From Mobula hypostoma (lineage: Eukaryota), in the NCBI RefSeq assembly GCF_963921235.1, contig NC_086128.1, positions 15,562,001 to 15,626,000 of the forward strand: 64,000 nt of DNA, written 5' to 3'. Positions within the stretch are counted from its first letter, which is position 1; every line of letters begins with the position of its first letter. Under the pieces are notes generated by a model, which worked only from the letters and a program-made list of their open reading frames with translations, did no database searches and had not been told where the DNA came from. Shown here in pieces: positions 62,384 to 64,000 of this stretch. A program made the position numbers and the translations under genes.

Positions 62384-64000
62384 TAGGGGAAAGGGTGAGC
62401 TGCTTCAAGTGCCTGGGTGTCAACATCTCTGAAGATCTATCCTGGGCCCAACATACTTACGCAGTTACAAAGAAGGCACATCAGCAGCTATATTTCATTA
62501 GCACTACTTATTTAATTTGTTTTTAGTATTTCTTGCAATTTATGGCTTTTTTATGTATTGCACTGTACTGCTTCTGCAAAGCAACAAATTTCACAACATA
62601 TGTTAGTGGTATTCAACCTGATTCTGATTCTGAACAATAATATATTTGCCAAAGTTGTAAGTGTTGTTGATAACGTGGAAAAAAGTTCGAGGCCACAAGA
62701 AGATGTTTCTGGACAGGTTGGCTGGGTAAAAAATGACAAATGGAATTCAGTCTAAATAATCTTTCTGGGAAGGATAAACAGGGAAAAGCAATAGACAATA
62801 AATAGCAGGACATGAAGAAGTAATGTGAGGCACCTTGGAATCCATATCCACAGATCCCTGACGGTAGCAGGACTTGTAATCTCCCAGGTTAGTCCAATAA
62901 CATTTCCCAAACTGGTGACCTGTACCACCAACAGAGCAGCAGGCACATAATGCCAACTCAGAAATATACAGTATAATTGCTTCCTCATTATTGCAGAGTC
63001 CAAATCCTCCACCTTCCCAAGGGCAATTCAGAATGGACAAATAATGATGCCCCAATCCTGAAAAATGAATAAATAAAAACTTCCTTATAAGCCTGTGACT
63101 TGTTTTGGGTTTCTTTACCAGAGGACGAATTTCATGGAAAAGCATACACTTTGAACAAGATCAAAATAGAAATCCATTTTGAACTTTAGCACAGCCATTC
63201 AGCCTTGAATTTCTGCCCTGTGAACAGGTACAGAGGAAGGCTTCACAAATCTGGATGCTTTAAAGGAAGTTTATATTTTCATTCAAATAGCTTAACAGTC
63301 ATTAAAAAGGCAAATTATTCTCAAATGGTTCTACAGGGTGACCACTGACATGCATAAAGTAATTTGGTCAATGTGTACTTCAGCAAATGGGGCTGAATGT
63401 GCTAACTGCCAGGCTCTGAAAATATTGAGAATTTACTTCTACACAAACAGGTCAGATGAGATTTTTTTGCAATGCATAAAACTGGTTGAATTGCATTTTT
63501 ACTTCACAGAATGAACTTAACTTAATTGCATTCAATTGCACATTTCAGAAAACTTGATCATCCTGTTCTGAGGCAGAAAGATCAGCTCTATAAGGGTTTA
63601 AGTTGTTTCATGAGAATCACATGAAATCCATAGGATAAAATCAGGCCCAGGTCATCCTGAAACAAGATTTAATATTCCACTGATGTAAGACTCACAGATC
63701 TGGTAATTAACTAGCATCCCTGCTGCCCTTTGTGAATAAAGCTACTAAATTTGTGGTCCTTCAGTTATCTGGTGTCTCAGCTGTGGTCAATGAAGATTTA
63801 TCTCCATTTGGGTCTCAGGAATCTCCTCAATTACCTACAATAGCAACCTGGAATAAAGTCAACAGGCCTGAGGATTTATCCAACTTCATGCTCAATAATT
63901 CCCCCATTTTAATGCTAACAATCTCCAGACCATCCCCACCCGCTCCCTGAGATATGTACTGTAACTAAAATGCCTCTCTCCTTGGTCATTTAAGACCACA

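Noticed and set aside
1-64000. CRISPR arrays, operons or other prokaryotic systems
   Set aside because: The sequence is intron-containing vertebrate DNA with no regularly spaced repeat-spacer array.

Overview
This is vertebrate genomic DNA, most likely from a cartilaginous fish (inferred from HE1/V-SINEs, abundant CR1, Rex1/Babar, Penelope and Tc1 elements). It holds part of a type II keratin cluster: three complete 9-exon genes with canonical type II exon sizes (209/61/96/165/126/221 nt for exons 2-7). Genes A (+, 2053-9263, 489 aa) and B (+, 19395-23715, 494 aa) are almost identical from the window start through the promoter, exons 1-8 and the first ~63 nt of intron 8 (1-5407 vs 17343-22761). 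I found 2 substitutions and one 12-bp in-frame indel by eye. Identity then stops and each gene splices to a different, long-diverged tail exon 9. This looks like an anti-Lepore-type chimera or a gene-conversion tract giving 'same head and rod, different tail' keratins; misassembly is not excluded. The shared rod carries unusual substitutions in the helix initiation and termination motifs ([10 protein letters not shown]). Gene C (-, 39929-57055, 447 aa) is a convergent, divergent type II keratin with a short Ser/Thr head. The rest is mostly transposon debris: a three-level CR1>Rex1>Penelope nest with TSDs, Penelope copies with minimal hammerhead ribozymes, three solo LTRs, Tc1 derivatives with an extra terminal hairpin, a Tx1-like 3' end and a Hero-like RLE element with a 16-bp TSD. 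All TE family names come from motif recognition, not database searches.
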